Positions 9,792 to 17,789 of a stretch of 34,315 bases of DNA are shown one piece after another. Both the position numbers and the translations under genes were made by a program. The stretch covers positions 1 through 34,315 of IMG/VR virus record IMGVR_UViG_3300002301_000042, one strand, 5' to 3'. The stretch is from a virus (Duplodnaviria; Caudoviricetes). Within the stretch, counting starts at the first letter, position 1. Each line of letters opens with the position of its first letter. The notes beneath the pieces were generated by a model. That model saw nothing but the letters and a program-made list of their open reading frames with translations. It had not been told where the DNA came from and did not search any database.

Positions 9792-11525
9792 TTAGAATAA
9801 TTGGCTAGCGTACAGTGAAGTACATAGCTGGTTTCTGATGGCAGTGTCTTGAGTTAAAGCCTGCGCTTGTGCAAACTTAACGGCAAGAGTAGCGTTTTGA
9901 GCAAGCATGCCGGAATAGTAAGGGTCACGGTAGATCAAGTTCATGGAATATCCATCTTGATTTATGTGAGTAAGAGCTTGCTTACCGAGGACTGTATTGT
10001 AATACACGTCTTGTCCGTTAGCAGATGCTCCCCTTGCTACTGGGGCTTCTGAGGATGTTAAGATCCTAATATTGAACACGTTACCGTACTCTGATGGAAG
10101 TGCGGAGGTGTTATTAGAATAATCCCATTGGTTCTTGAATCCTTGTCCAAGCAAACCATCAAAGTCAGTTTGTAGCTCTGTAGAAGACAACATAAAATAT
10201 GAGCTTCTTACAGGGCCTGTCAATTCTGTTACTTGTTGACCTATTGCTAGGCGGGCCAAATCTTCTCAGCTGGCCTCTCACGCTTTCGTCATGAGTTCAG
10301 AGCACCGCATCTTTGCTTCTTTAACCAATTCGTACATAGCATCATAATCTTCTTGATCCCAAGCACCTTCTGCATGTGCTCTTTTCAATGCTCTGTCCCA
10401 AATTTTGAAAGATTTAGCAAAGTCTTCTCGCTTGCTTCGTTCAGGCTGTATTGGACTAGATAACTCGTCATTTGATACTGAATATTCACACGGAACCTTT
10501 TTCCAAGAGTTACTCATTCCATATCTATAATCATCGCCCATAACTTGCCCCTTGTTGTCGCCGTCTTTACGCTGCGAGTTCCAAGTCTATCAGAGAAGAT
10601 TTTAATTCGGCACACTTTCTACCGAATCTGTCCTCGCCTTCAATACCTGACATAAATTTGTAGGCATTGTTGGTATCCAAAGTTGTTGCTACTAGAGAAA
10701 AATCTGATATCCCATAGTTAGTAGGGTTATCATTATTTGATCCCCCACCGCAATTTATTTCCGCATTCTGTTACTTGTTGACCTATTTCTAGGCGCATAA
10801 GTCTTCTCAGCTTATGTCTCTATGTTTCCATAGAGTTCAGAGTACCGCATCTCAACCATAGAGCATACAAATCAAAGATATCTCGATCTGTCTATCCATG
10901 AATTCTTTGCTAAATTCTTCTGTTGAGTCTTCTCGCTTACTTCGTTCAGGGTCTAAATGAGCCTTATAGTTTTCTGAAGTAATTCCGGTGTCATTAAGAC
11001 AACCAATTAATCCATGCGCTTTAAGATTTTCCATTCTTTTACTCATAAAGTTCCCCCTTGTTGTCGCCGTCTTTACGCTGCGAGTTCCAAGTCTATCAGA
11101 GAAGATTTATCCTGCGCCATCATTAACGCAGCGGAGACGATATAGTCTCTAAGAATAAGATCCTCGGCCTGTCTCATTGCGACCGCAAGTCTTTCGCTTA
11201 CCCAAGCCAATACACCTTCTTGGTCTTGTAAAATTACCTGCTCGTTGATGACGCAGCCAGTACCAAAAAAAGCCATTTGTGCATCTATGATGTCACGTTG
11301 TGGCACTTGAGCAGGAGGATCAATACCGCTATTACCGAGTTGTACGGTAGGAGGGGTAAGAGCCTTCGGCCTCATAAAGCGACAAGTAGTTCCACCGTTA
11401 GGAGGCATACTGATCTTGTCAGCTGGTATGATATAGTTCATTGTTGGCGTAGGCACATAGAGCATAGCAGGCGCGAGCGACTGTAGGATCATAGGGCCTA
11501 GACTGCCAGTTGTAGTAATAGACAT
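9792..11525 (-). CDS. Major capsid protein (N4 gp56-like), spliced: exons 11525-11126, 10763-10621 and 10220-9792; 323 aa
   Basis: Position after the scaffold gene with AAGGA RBS. Exon lengths 400+143+429=972 nt give one open frame with junctions VSAA-S-EINCGGG and EGEDRFG-TGPVRSSYF. Confidence 0.88.
10221..10620 (-). ncRNA. Group I intron 2 in the capsid gene (400 nt)
   Basis: P1 TTCGGT|..GCCGAA with U-G at the splice site; P3 TCTTCTC/GAGAAGA; P7 GA(A)GCA/TGCTC; P8 CTTTGCT/AGCAAAG; P9 hairpins with a GCAA loop; terminal G at 10221. Confidence 0.88.
10278..10541 (-). CDS. Small intron-internal ORF (87 aa), unknown function
   Basis: ATG 6 nt after AAGGGG; crosses the ribozyme core (PERSKRED); no nuclease motif. 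Confidence 0.3.
   Translation of the reverse strand: MGDDYRYGMSNSWKKVPCEYSVSNDELSSPIQPERSKREDFAKSFKIWDRALKRAHAEGAWDQEDYDAMYELVKEAKMRCSELMTKA
10621..10763 (-). CDS. Capsid exon 2 (143 nt), absent from the ORF track
   Basis: Reads (S)EINCGGGSNNDNPTNYGISDFSLVATTLDTNNAYKFMSGIEGEDRFG without stops, in the frame required by both junctions. Confidence 0.88.
10764..11125 (-). ncRNA. Group I intron 1 in the capsid gene (362 nt)
   Basis: P1 CTGCGT|..GCGCAG with U-G at the splice site; P3 TCTTCTC/GAGAAGA; P7 GA(A)GTA/TACTC; P8 CTCAAC/GTTGAG; P9 CTCTATG-GAAA-CATAGAG; terminal G at 10764. Confidence 0.88.
10852..11046 (-). CDS. Small intron-internal ORF (64 aa), unknown function
   Basis: ATG 6 nt after AAGGGGG; crosses the ribozyme core (PERSKRED); no nuclease motif. 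Confidence 0.3.
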   Translation of the reverse strand: MSKRMENLKAHGLIGCLNDTGITSENYKAHLDPERSKREDSTEEFSKEFMDRQIEISLICMLYG

Positions 11526-11668
11526 TTGTTTTCCTTATGTGTCTAATTCTACTTGATATGATGATAGGTAAAACGAACCTTAACGTACGGTATTTTCTAT
11601 CATATCTGATGGAAGGTGCGAGTTCTTCCTAACGCGATTCATGATAACGTTCATGAGGACGAGTCTTA

Positions 11669-11698
11669 CTTTTAGCAAATTAAAGTTTTAATTGTCAA
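11669..11698 (-). promoter_or_regulatory. sigma70-like capsid promoter
   Basis: Minus strand TTGACA (11698-11693), then TGc-TAAAAG after an 18-nt spacer, just past the scaffold stop. Confidence 0.5.
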
Positions 11699-11703
11699 GT
11701 ATG

Positions 11704-12339
11704 TCATTGAAGCCTCAAGCTTTTCTTAAGTTGTTGCATCTTGTCATAAGCACTCTTTTGGCCTACAGGTGAAAAATCAGATTGAGACGCGTACGGGGCT
11801 GTAGCTTGTCCTGTTGGCTGATAGTAGGGAGATCTTCTCTTATTATCTACAGTCTGCTGGATAGAGGCTTTTTCTTCTGGAGGTTTATGTAGTCCAAGGG
11901 CCTTGATGTTCTTATACACAAGCTTCTGTCTTTCAAAAGTATCGGGCATCTCAAGAATTGCTTCCGCAAGTTCCGGATCTTTCTCAGCGAACTTTTGGGC
12001 GTGCTGCATAATTTCTTGAAAGTCTGGATTGGTTTTAAGCCAATTTTGTTGTCTTTCTTTGGTAAGAGCTTGTTGAACGGCACTTTGAATCTCATTTTGG
12101 GTCTGTTGTTTGATGTTTTCCCTTTCTTTTGAGAGGGTTTTATTTAACTTTCTTCTGTCGATATATGGATCATCGCCATCGTCATCGTCATCGTCTTTAG
12201 GAGCTGCTCTAGAGGCTTGTAACTCTGCAATACGAACGTCTTTTTCAGATAACATCTTCTGGAACATTTGTTCTTGCTTGCGAAAGTTGATTTCGGTAGC
12301 AGATGGTGCAGGGGCGGGTACGTTTGGATCAACAGTCAT
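11704..12339 (-). CDS. Putative capsid scaffolding protein
   Basis: 211 aa, charged and coiled-coil-like with an acidic tract, immediately upstream of the capsid gene; AGGAG RBS. Confidence 0.7.
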   Translation of the reverse strand: MTVDPNVPAPAPSATEINFRKQEQMFQKMLSEKDVRIAELQASRAAPKDDDDDDGDDPYIDRRKLNKTLSKERENIKQQTQNEIQSAVQQALTKERQQNWLKTNPDFQEIMQHAQKFAEKDPELAEAILEMPDTFERQKLVYKNIKALGLHKPPEEKASIQQTVDNKRRSPYYQPTGQATAPYASQSDFSPVGQKSAYDKMQQLKKSLRLQ

Positions 12340-12414
12340 GAAATTCTCCTGTACGATTTACATTAAAAAAGTTAAAGTTTTTAATATCTGTAACTTAAAT
12401 TATTTAATATAGGA

Positions 12415-12981
12415 TTGTCAATGAAAATTGATAGATTAGAGACCCATGATAGGCTTTTACACTTCAAAGGACAGGCTGATTATATCAGTAAAGGATGTCA
12501 AGATTGCATAAATAATAGACCTGAACAATTCACGATGCCCTTCTATATTTTTGCACATACAAGATCCATCGAATTGGATGAGAGAATAGCCATATTCGAT
12601 CAGGATGTGCTTTATTCCATGATAGATCCTATGTACATAAGAATATATACATGCCCTCAGCAGATTCCTACGGCTAGATTGATATGGTCTCCTAGGCTTA
12701 GTAAACCTACTCCTCAGCAAAATAGCATGTTATTTAAGGCTTATCCGGGCACAGACAACATAAAGATCATCTGGATGCTGCCTGCTAGAGAATTGTGGGA
12801 GCAGTATGAAAAGGGATTGATGCTGGAAAATAAGATGGTTATGGAAAGTATTCACATGTTTAAGAATGATTTTGCTAAGATGGCAGCTCCGGAAGATGAT
12901 GATTTGCCGGAAGAAACTATACAGTCGATCTACAAAAATATTGCCAGAACTAACGGAGATAAGAAATGTGGAATTATATAA
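12415..12981 (+). CDS. Hypothetical protein
   Basis: 188-aa ORF divergent from the scaffold gene; the start may be the ATG at 12421. Confidence 0.75.
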   Translation: MSMKIDRLETHDRLLHFKGQADYISKGCQDCINNRPEQFTMPFYIFAHTRSIELDERIAIFDQDVLYSMIDPMYIRIYTCPQQIPTARLIWSPRLSKPTPQQNSMLFKAYPGTDNIKIIWMLPARELWEQYEKGLMLENKMVMESIHMFKNDFAKMAAPEDDDLPEETIQSIYKNIARTNGDKKCGII

Positions 12982-13316
12982 AACCGCATCCTGATAGTAC
13001 TATATTCAAATTCAAGGAAGAAAAGATAAATGATGATATGCGATCTTCATTTGTTGATTTGCCGAGGGGATGGGGAAGTTTTTTGTCCCCGGAACTTCAT
13101 GATGTAAGTAAATTTACTTTAATGGATGAAGTATGTCCTCACTGCGGTTCGCGAGATTATGGGTGTTTGGAAATAGAGCTTCCCAAAGATCGAGAAGAAT
13201 ATGACAAAGCTAAAGTGAGAATGAGAGGATATATAAGAGGGATTGGAAGATTTGATCCATTTGATGACAAATATTGGGGACAGGCGGAAACCGATGAAAT
13301 TGCTAGAACTAACTGA
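12966..13316 (+). CDS. Hypothetical protein with CPHCG zinc knuckle
   Basis: 116 aa, GGAG RBS, overlaps the upstream stop. Confidence 0.65.
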   Translation: MWNYIKPHPDSTIFKFKEEKINDDMRSSFVDLPRGWGSFLSPELHDVSKFTLMDEVCPHCGSRDYGCLEIELPKDREEYDKAKVRMRGYIRGIGRFDPFDDKYWGQAETDEIARTN

Positions 13317-13321
13317 GACAA

Positions 13322-13897
13322 ATGGAAAATTATAGAATGACATGTGAAGATATTGATAGAGCTATCAAAGATCAACCCATTGATCTGAGATCTATATTAG
13401 GTTCCTTGTTGGAGAGAATTGAATCGCTAGAGGAAAAAAATCACGAACTTGAGTTGATCGTTGAATTCCATAAGCTGAAGATTCCATTGAAATATAGAGG
13501 ATCTGGACTACTAGGTGGCGATAAAAGCTTATTCAGAACTATCAATAAGTTTAAGACATCATTTCCTGCGATTGAGAATATATCTAGTAAAGGTACAGGA
13601 GGTTTTCCTGAAAAAATACCAATGCCCAAAGATCCTAAAGAGTATACAAAAGCTAAAGAACGAATGCTGGAATATGCTAAAGAGAAGGACAAAATAGTTG
13701 AGAAATACTTTAGAGTGTCCGACTATGATGGCAAAGTTTACATAGAAGATACTACAGACGAAGCACAAGCCGATAAGTGCGTTGAAGAAGGCGGTGTTTG
13801 GTATGATGAAAATGATATCGAAAAATATTTTCCTCACGAGAACAGGATAAAAATAATAAGATACAGAAGAGTTATGCCAAAGTCTTCGGAGGCTTAG
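13322..13897 (+). CDS. Hypothetical protein
   Basis: 191 aa with an N-terminal coiled coil, tightly packed after the previous gene. Confidence 0.65.
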   Translation: MENYRMTCEDIDRAIKDQPIDLRSILGSLLERIESLEEKNHELELIVEFHKLKIPLKYRGSGLLGGDKSLFRTINKFKTSFPAIENISSKGTGGFPEKIPMPKDPKEYTKAKERMLEYAKEKDKIVEKYFRVSDYDGKVYIEDTTDEAQADKCVEEGGVWYDENDIEKYFPHENRIKIIRYRRVMPKSSEA

Positions 13898-14120
13898 TCA
13901 ACCCTGCTTTCGAGACTGGATTGCCGAGTGATGTAGATCTCATTTTACCCATTGGATTGCGCACTCCGGTTCCATAATAATTTCCTGCTCCCGTAGCAGG
14001 TTGCCCACGAGTATTTGTGTCAGAGGGATTAAAAGCGTAGGGTGATTTGAGTCCATAGCCACTGACGGACTTTTGCTTGATGACAGGGATTTTAGTATGA
14101 GCTGTTTTTATTTTTGCCAT
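13872..14120 (-). CDS. Small basic Gly/Pro-rich protein (82 aa from MAKIKTAH)
   Basis: ATG at 14120 preferred over the longer call; paralogous motif with the upstream ORF. Confidence 0.65.
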   Translation of the reverse strand: MAKIKTAHTKIPVIKQKSVSGYGLKSPYAFNPSDTNTRGQPATGAGNYYGTGVRNPMGKMRSTSLGNPVSKAGLTKPPKTLA

Positions 14121-14358
14121 ACATATCCAATTTATATTCTGGCATATTGTCATCTTGCATGGTTTTAACACCTGTTCTAGGAAGAACAGCAGCGGTTGTA
14201 GCAGGATTTCCCTTATGGCCTACAGGTTGATTGAAACCAACTCCGTATGAATCACCAGCAGAAATCATATTCCTTTCATCATAGCAAGGAGCTTGGAAGT
14301 TCCAAGGATTCTTTGCTTTGGATTCTTTGATGCGTGGAGCGATTGGATTCTTAAACAT
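14092..14358 (-). CDS. Small Gly/Pro-rich protein
   Basis: 88 aa, strong AAGGAG RBS. Confidence 0.7.
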   Translation of the reverse strand: MFKNPIAPRIKESKAKNPWNFQAPCYDERNMISAGDSYGVGFNQPVGHKGNPATTAAVLPRTGVKTMQDDNMPEYKLDMYGKNKNSSY

Positions 14359-14517
14359 AAATTCTCCTTAAAATTCACATTTCATGCCACGGGCACATAA
14401 GGTTCAATGTGGAAGCACCTCTCTATTTGAGTTGGCCTAACACAAGCTCGAGCGAGTGTTAATTTTGTCTTTCCCCTAAGAGGGAAACCTATCAAATTAA
14501 CGATTGAGAATGCCGTC

Positions 14518-14739
14518 TTAGTTTCTATTACCAGGCTTCATACGATGTCCAGAAGCTTTCGCTACGCCCATCATTTGTTGCTGTTTAATTTTCTCAGTAG
14601 TATCCCAATACTCACCAAGTTCTCCATCGCCTTCTGCGCTAGATTCGTTCTTAGTTTTAGCTCCCATAGGGAAAACTGATCCATTAGAACCTTTTCCAGC
14701 CCAAAAGCCATGATCATTAATTTTTTGTCCGCCAGACAT
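14518..14739 (-). CDS. Small protein downstream of the portal gene
   Basis: 73 aa, AAGGGGG RBS, own promoter. Confidence 0.7.
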   Translation of the reverse strand: MSGGQKINDHGFWAGKGSNGSVFPMGAKTKNESSAEGDGELGEYWDTTEKIKQQQMMGVAKASGHRMKPGNRN

Positions 14740-14768
14740 AATTGCCCCCTTAGCGTTAAATTTTCTTT

Positions 14769-14796
14769 ATTATAGCACTAAGGGAATGAGGCGCAA
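14769..14796 (-). promoter_or_regulatory. sigma70-like promoter with extended -10
   Basis: Minus strand TTGCGC-16 nt-TATAAT with a TGn extension. Confidence 0.6.
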
Positions 14797-14948
14797 CAGA
14801 ATTTTTTGTAAAGCTCCCTATCTCTTCAAAGTGTCGCCATGAACTAGGATTCACGCGTGGTCAGAGAGTTACCAGCCAAGGGGGGCCGTCCTAAATTTGC
14901 TCAAATTGTACAATAGATGTTCAATATTGTGTAGACATAATCTTTATT

Positions 14949-17069
14949 TTACTGTTGAGGAGCCTCTGGCTGTGCGGGTGATTGAGTGCCTGGTATTTCT
15001 GACATCAGCTTAGATAAGAACTCATTTTCCATAGCTTCACCCCGAGATTTATCAGTCTCAGTGTCTTCTTTGGCTATATCTTGATTTTCCATTTCATTGA
15101 TCTGTCCCATCTTCATCATAGTCTCAACAGCACCGAGCTTAGCTGTAGCATCTACCATCTTCTCAAGAGCTTCCATCTTCGCTTTAACAGCGAGAGCGCG
15201 GTTTTTAGTAAGCTCAGACTCTCTTTCGTCTTTGAGTCCAAGATCAGCTTCGTAACGACCATATTTCTCTTTGGCAAGAGCCATATTAGCAGCTGATTTG
15301 CTGTAGATTTCTTGTAATTTAGCTTCTTCAACAGCGTGTTGAATGTTTTGAAGCTCAGCTTGAGCAGCAGCTTGTTGCTCTTTTTGTTGAGCGAGCATCT
15401 GCATAAGCTCTGTTTTGCCCTGTAGCGTTGATTTAGAGGCAATATAATCAGGAGGAATGATTCCACCAAGCAATTCATTAAGCTCAAGGATCTGCTTGAA
15501 TTCTTGCTGTTTCTGCGTGGATGTAAGAAGACCTTCTTCGACTACTGTCTGATAGGTTGAAAATATCTTAGAATAAAAGAAAGGAGATGGTTCTTCACCA
15601 ATAATCAAGCCAACTTTGGGAGCATTCCAATTGTTTTGGACAATCTGAAGCATGCGTTCGCCAAGAGTCTTCAGGGATAGATCCCACTGATCAAAGTACT
15701 TTTGAAGAACCATAAGATTTGCAGCTTGCTTGAGCATAACTGTAAGGGATGAGGCTTGTGACATGTCTTGGGCTGACCATGTTTCAAGATTGACACCAGA
15801 AGTGCTGAATATAAGTGATTGCAATTGATCAGCAAGTGCCATATCGGACTCAGGCACTGCACTTGGTACGATCTTTTCGACATCTGTAAGTTCATATCCA
15901 TCGTTGACAAGAACATCCCAACCCTGGCCACTCTTCTTGAGGTTGTCTTCATTAGCTACAGCTCCTACTTTTCTTTTCCACCCAGCGTTAATAGTCGCTT
16001 CAGAAATGTCATGATTGAGGATAATACGACGGTTAAGCAAATAATTAGAATCTCGCATAGTCCTGACAAGACCACGAACGCGTAGGTCATAATAGTTATT
16101 ATGAGGCTCATAATTCCAAAAAACAGGAATGAAAGGACAGTCATCAAAACCAAGAGGATTATCTCCTTGAAACATAAGTTGATCGTTAAGGACTACAGCT
16201 AACTTCCAAGTAGGAACTTCTACTTCAACCATCTCCATATCTGGAATGTTATAGAGAATTTGATCCATTTGCTCTTGGTCACCACCAAAATCAAAGAACT
16301 GGTTGCGAGATCGGCTATATAGCTTTTTTCGTTTTCGCTTCCATTTATACCAAACATAGGAAAGCACCATTAGATCATTTCTTGCCATATTATAGTTCTC
16401 AGGCAAGAAATAAAAGCTACCATATCTTTGTGGAGTACCGGACATTGGAGCTACTGTTTGATATTTATCAGGGAAACGAGACTCTGCTTCTTTCTTTGAG
16501 ATATATTCTTGAGTCCAGACGAATTGGGCATCAGAGGCATCATAGGATCTAAAGTAGGGATCTATCAAAAAGCTGTTGTATTCCCACACTTTGACCTTAA
16601 GCTGGCCTTGAGCCGGATCGCTTCCAGTGTAATCAAGATAAGGCTGTAGAAGAACCATACCTGTGATAGCTGCTTGCTCACAAGCACGAGAGAATTGCTC
16701 GTGAATACCTTCTACATTGCAAACATGCGTCATCAGCTTTGTGTACTGATCTGTCGTTTGATCATCAGCTCCTTCGCCTGCAATAAAATTGAGTTGCTTG
16801 CGATGTTGGCGTTGATAACCAGTCACCATGTTCACTGGCTGTTGTAAGAGATTGAAGTAAAAATTGTTGTTGTTGGCTGATGGAGTGAGATTGAAGTATC
16901 TGTTTATGAAGGTTTGCGAACCTGCATAGAACAATGTGTCTATGTTCGATTGGTTCCATCTTGACTGTTCGATAGGCTGGAACTTGCTGTAGAGATTATC
17001 AAGCCATTGACGGACGTTTCCTTGAGATGGTTCAAGAGCATTGTTCCAAGGTGGATAGTAAAAGGACAT
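14949..17069 (-). CDS. Portal protein (P22-like)
   Basis: 706 aa; FNLLQQPVNMVTGYQRQHR, FLIDPY..DASDAQFV, PFIPVF..GLVRTMRD motifs; long C-terminal coiled coil; downstream of terminase. Confidence 0.85.
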   Translation of the reverse strand: MSFYYPPWNNALEPSQGNVRQWLDNLYSKFQPIEQSRWNQSNIDTLFYAGSQTFINRYFNLTPSANNNNFYFNLLQQPVNMVTGYQRQHRKQLNFIAGEGADDQTTDQYTKLMTHVCNVEGIHEQFSRACEQAAITGMVLLQPYLDYTGSDPAQGQLKVKVWEYNSFLIDPYFRSYDASDAQFVWTQEYISKKEAESRFPDKYQTVAPMSGTPQRYGSFYFLPENYNMARNDLMVLSYVWYKWKRKRKKLYSRSRNQFFDFGGDQEQMDQILYNIPDMEMVEVEVPTWKLAVVLNDQLMFQGDNPLGFDDCPFIPVFWNYEPHNNYYDLRVRGLVRTMRDSNYLLNRRIILNHDISEATINAGWKRKVGAVANEDNLKKSGQGWDVLVNDGYELTDVEKIVPSAVPESDMALADQLQSLIFSTSGVNLETWSAQDMSQASSLTVMLKQAANLMVLQKYFDQWDLSLKTLGERMLQIVQNNWNAPKVGLIIGEEPSPFFYSKIFSTYQTVVEEGLLTSTQKQQEFKQILELNELLGGIIPPDYIASKSTLQGKTELMQMLAQQKEQQAAAQAELQNIQHAVEEAKLQEIYSKSAANMALAKEKYGRYEADLGLKDERESELTKNRALAVKAKMEALEKMVDATAKLGAVETMMKMGQINEMENQDIAKEDTETDKSRGEAMENEFLSKLMSEIPGTQSPAQPEAPQQ

Positions 17070-17126
17070 AAACCCTCTATTAATGTTTTACCATAAGATA
17101 GAGGAAATATTTTAATACTACAAATG

Positions 17127-17151
17127 AAAAACCCCGCCGAGTGGAGCGGGG
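17127..17151 (-). terminator. Rho-independent terminator
   Basis: Minus strand CCCCGCT-CCACTC-GGCGGGG followed by TTTTT. Confidence 0.65.
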
Positions 17152-17255
17152 ACAAAGAGGATATTTTATGAACAAGCCCATCTTAGCAACTGTACCCAAT
17201 TTCCGTACAGTTCCATTTTATGATATGAAAATCTTTAAATATCTCATATCATGGA

Positions 17256-17639
17256 ATGGACAAGGAGGATTGTATGATACCCCAATTAAGTTTAACACCG
17301 GAAGCTAGAGACATCACTTTTAGAGATAGCTGTAATTGCTGTTTTAAACGGCCTACAAGCCCTTCAACTCATGTGTATGTCAATTCAGTTGGCGATGTTG
17401 TAGAATTCGATAAAACCAAGACTGCAAGCGAAGCTGATGCCATTGTCAGATCAATAGACAATCTGGCTAGGATAGTTCACAGAATGATCGAGGATAGAGA
17501 GTTCGATAGACAAGAGATCCTGGATAACATCTCTCAAAAGATACAATCTATGCAACAGAATTCAGATGTATGCCTCACCAGAGGAGATGTACAAGAGATT
17601 GTAGAAAGGATTCACAGCTCTCCAAAGAGAAGGAAATGA
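17256..17639 (+). CDS. Hypothetical protein
   Basis: 127-aa ORF; GGAGG suggests the true start is the ATG at 17274. Confidence 0.65.
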   Translation: MDKEDCMIPQLSLTPEARDITFRDSCNCCFKRPTSPSTHVYVNSVGDVVEFDKTKTASEADAIVRSIDNLARIVHRMIEDREFDRQEILDNISQKIQSMQQNSDVCLTRGDVQEIVERIHSSPKRRK

Positions 17640-17789
17640 TCAATCATCTAAAGGTTCTGTCCGGAGATACAGCTCATCTATGTCTTCTTGCAACTTCTTT
17701 ATCTCTTTAGCAAGCAGCACAAGAGCATCCATCGTGTCGTATTGAGGATATATTCCTTCTTTCAGCTCGATTATATCATCTAGATTCAT
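17640..17789 (-). CDS. Small hypothetical protein (49 aa, below ORF-track cutoff)
   Basis: MNLDDIIELKEGIYPQYDTMDALVLLAKEIKKLQEDIDELYLRTEPLDD; GAGG RBS and TAATG coupling. Confidence 0.6.
   Translation of the reverse strand: MNLDDIIELKEGIYPQYDTMDALVLLAKEIKKLQEDIDELYLRTEPLDD

Noticed and set aside
10220-10259. ORF-track start MARLAIGQQVTEL for the C-terminal capsid piece
   Set aside because: These 13 codons are intron P9 sequence; exon 3 starts at 10220.
10221-11108. Repeats in the capsid region read as a CRISPR array, DGR template/variable pair or IS ends
   Set aside because: Only two copies, interleaved with group I pairings; no cas, reverse transcriptase or transposase gene and no adenine-specific mismatch pattern.
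9792-11525. Capsid as a pseudogene, as two genes, or as a case of stop-codon recoding or an intein
   Set aside because: Precise intron removal restores the frame, the inserts contain stops and change frame, and other genes read normally in code 11.
14805-14900. Possible tRNA
   Set aside because: No cloverleaf, T-loop GTTC consensus or acceptor stem could be formed.
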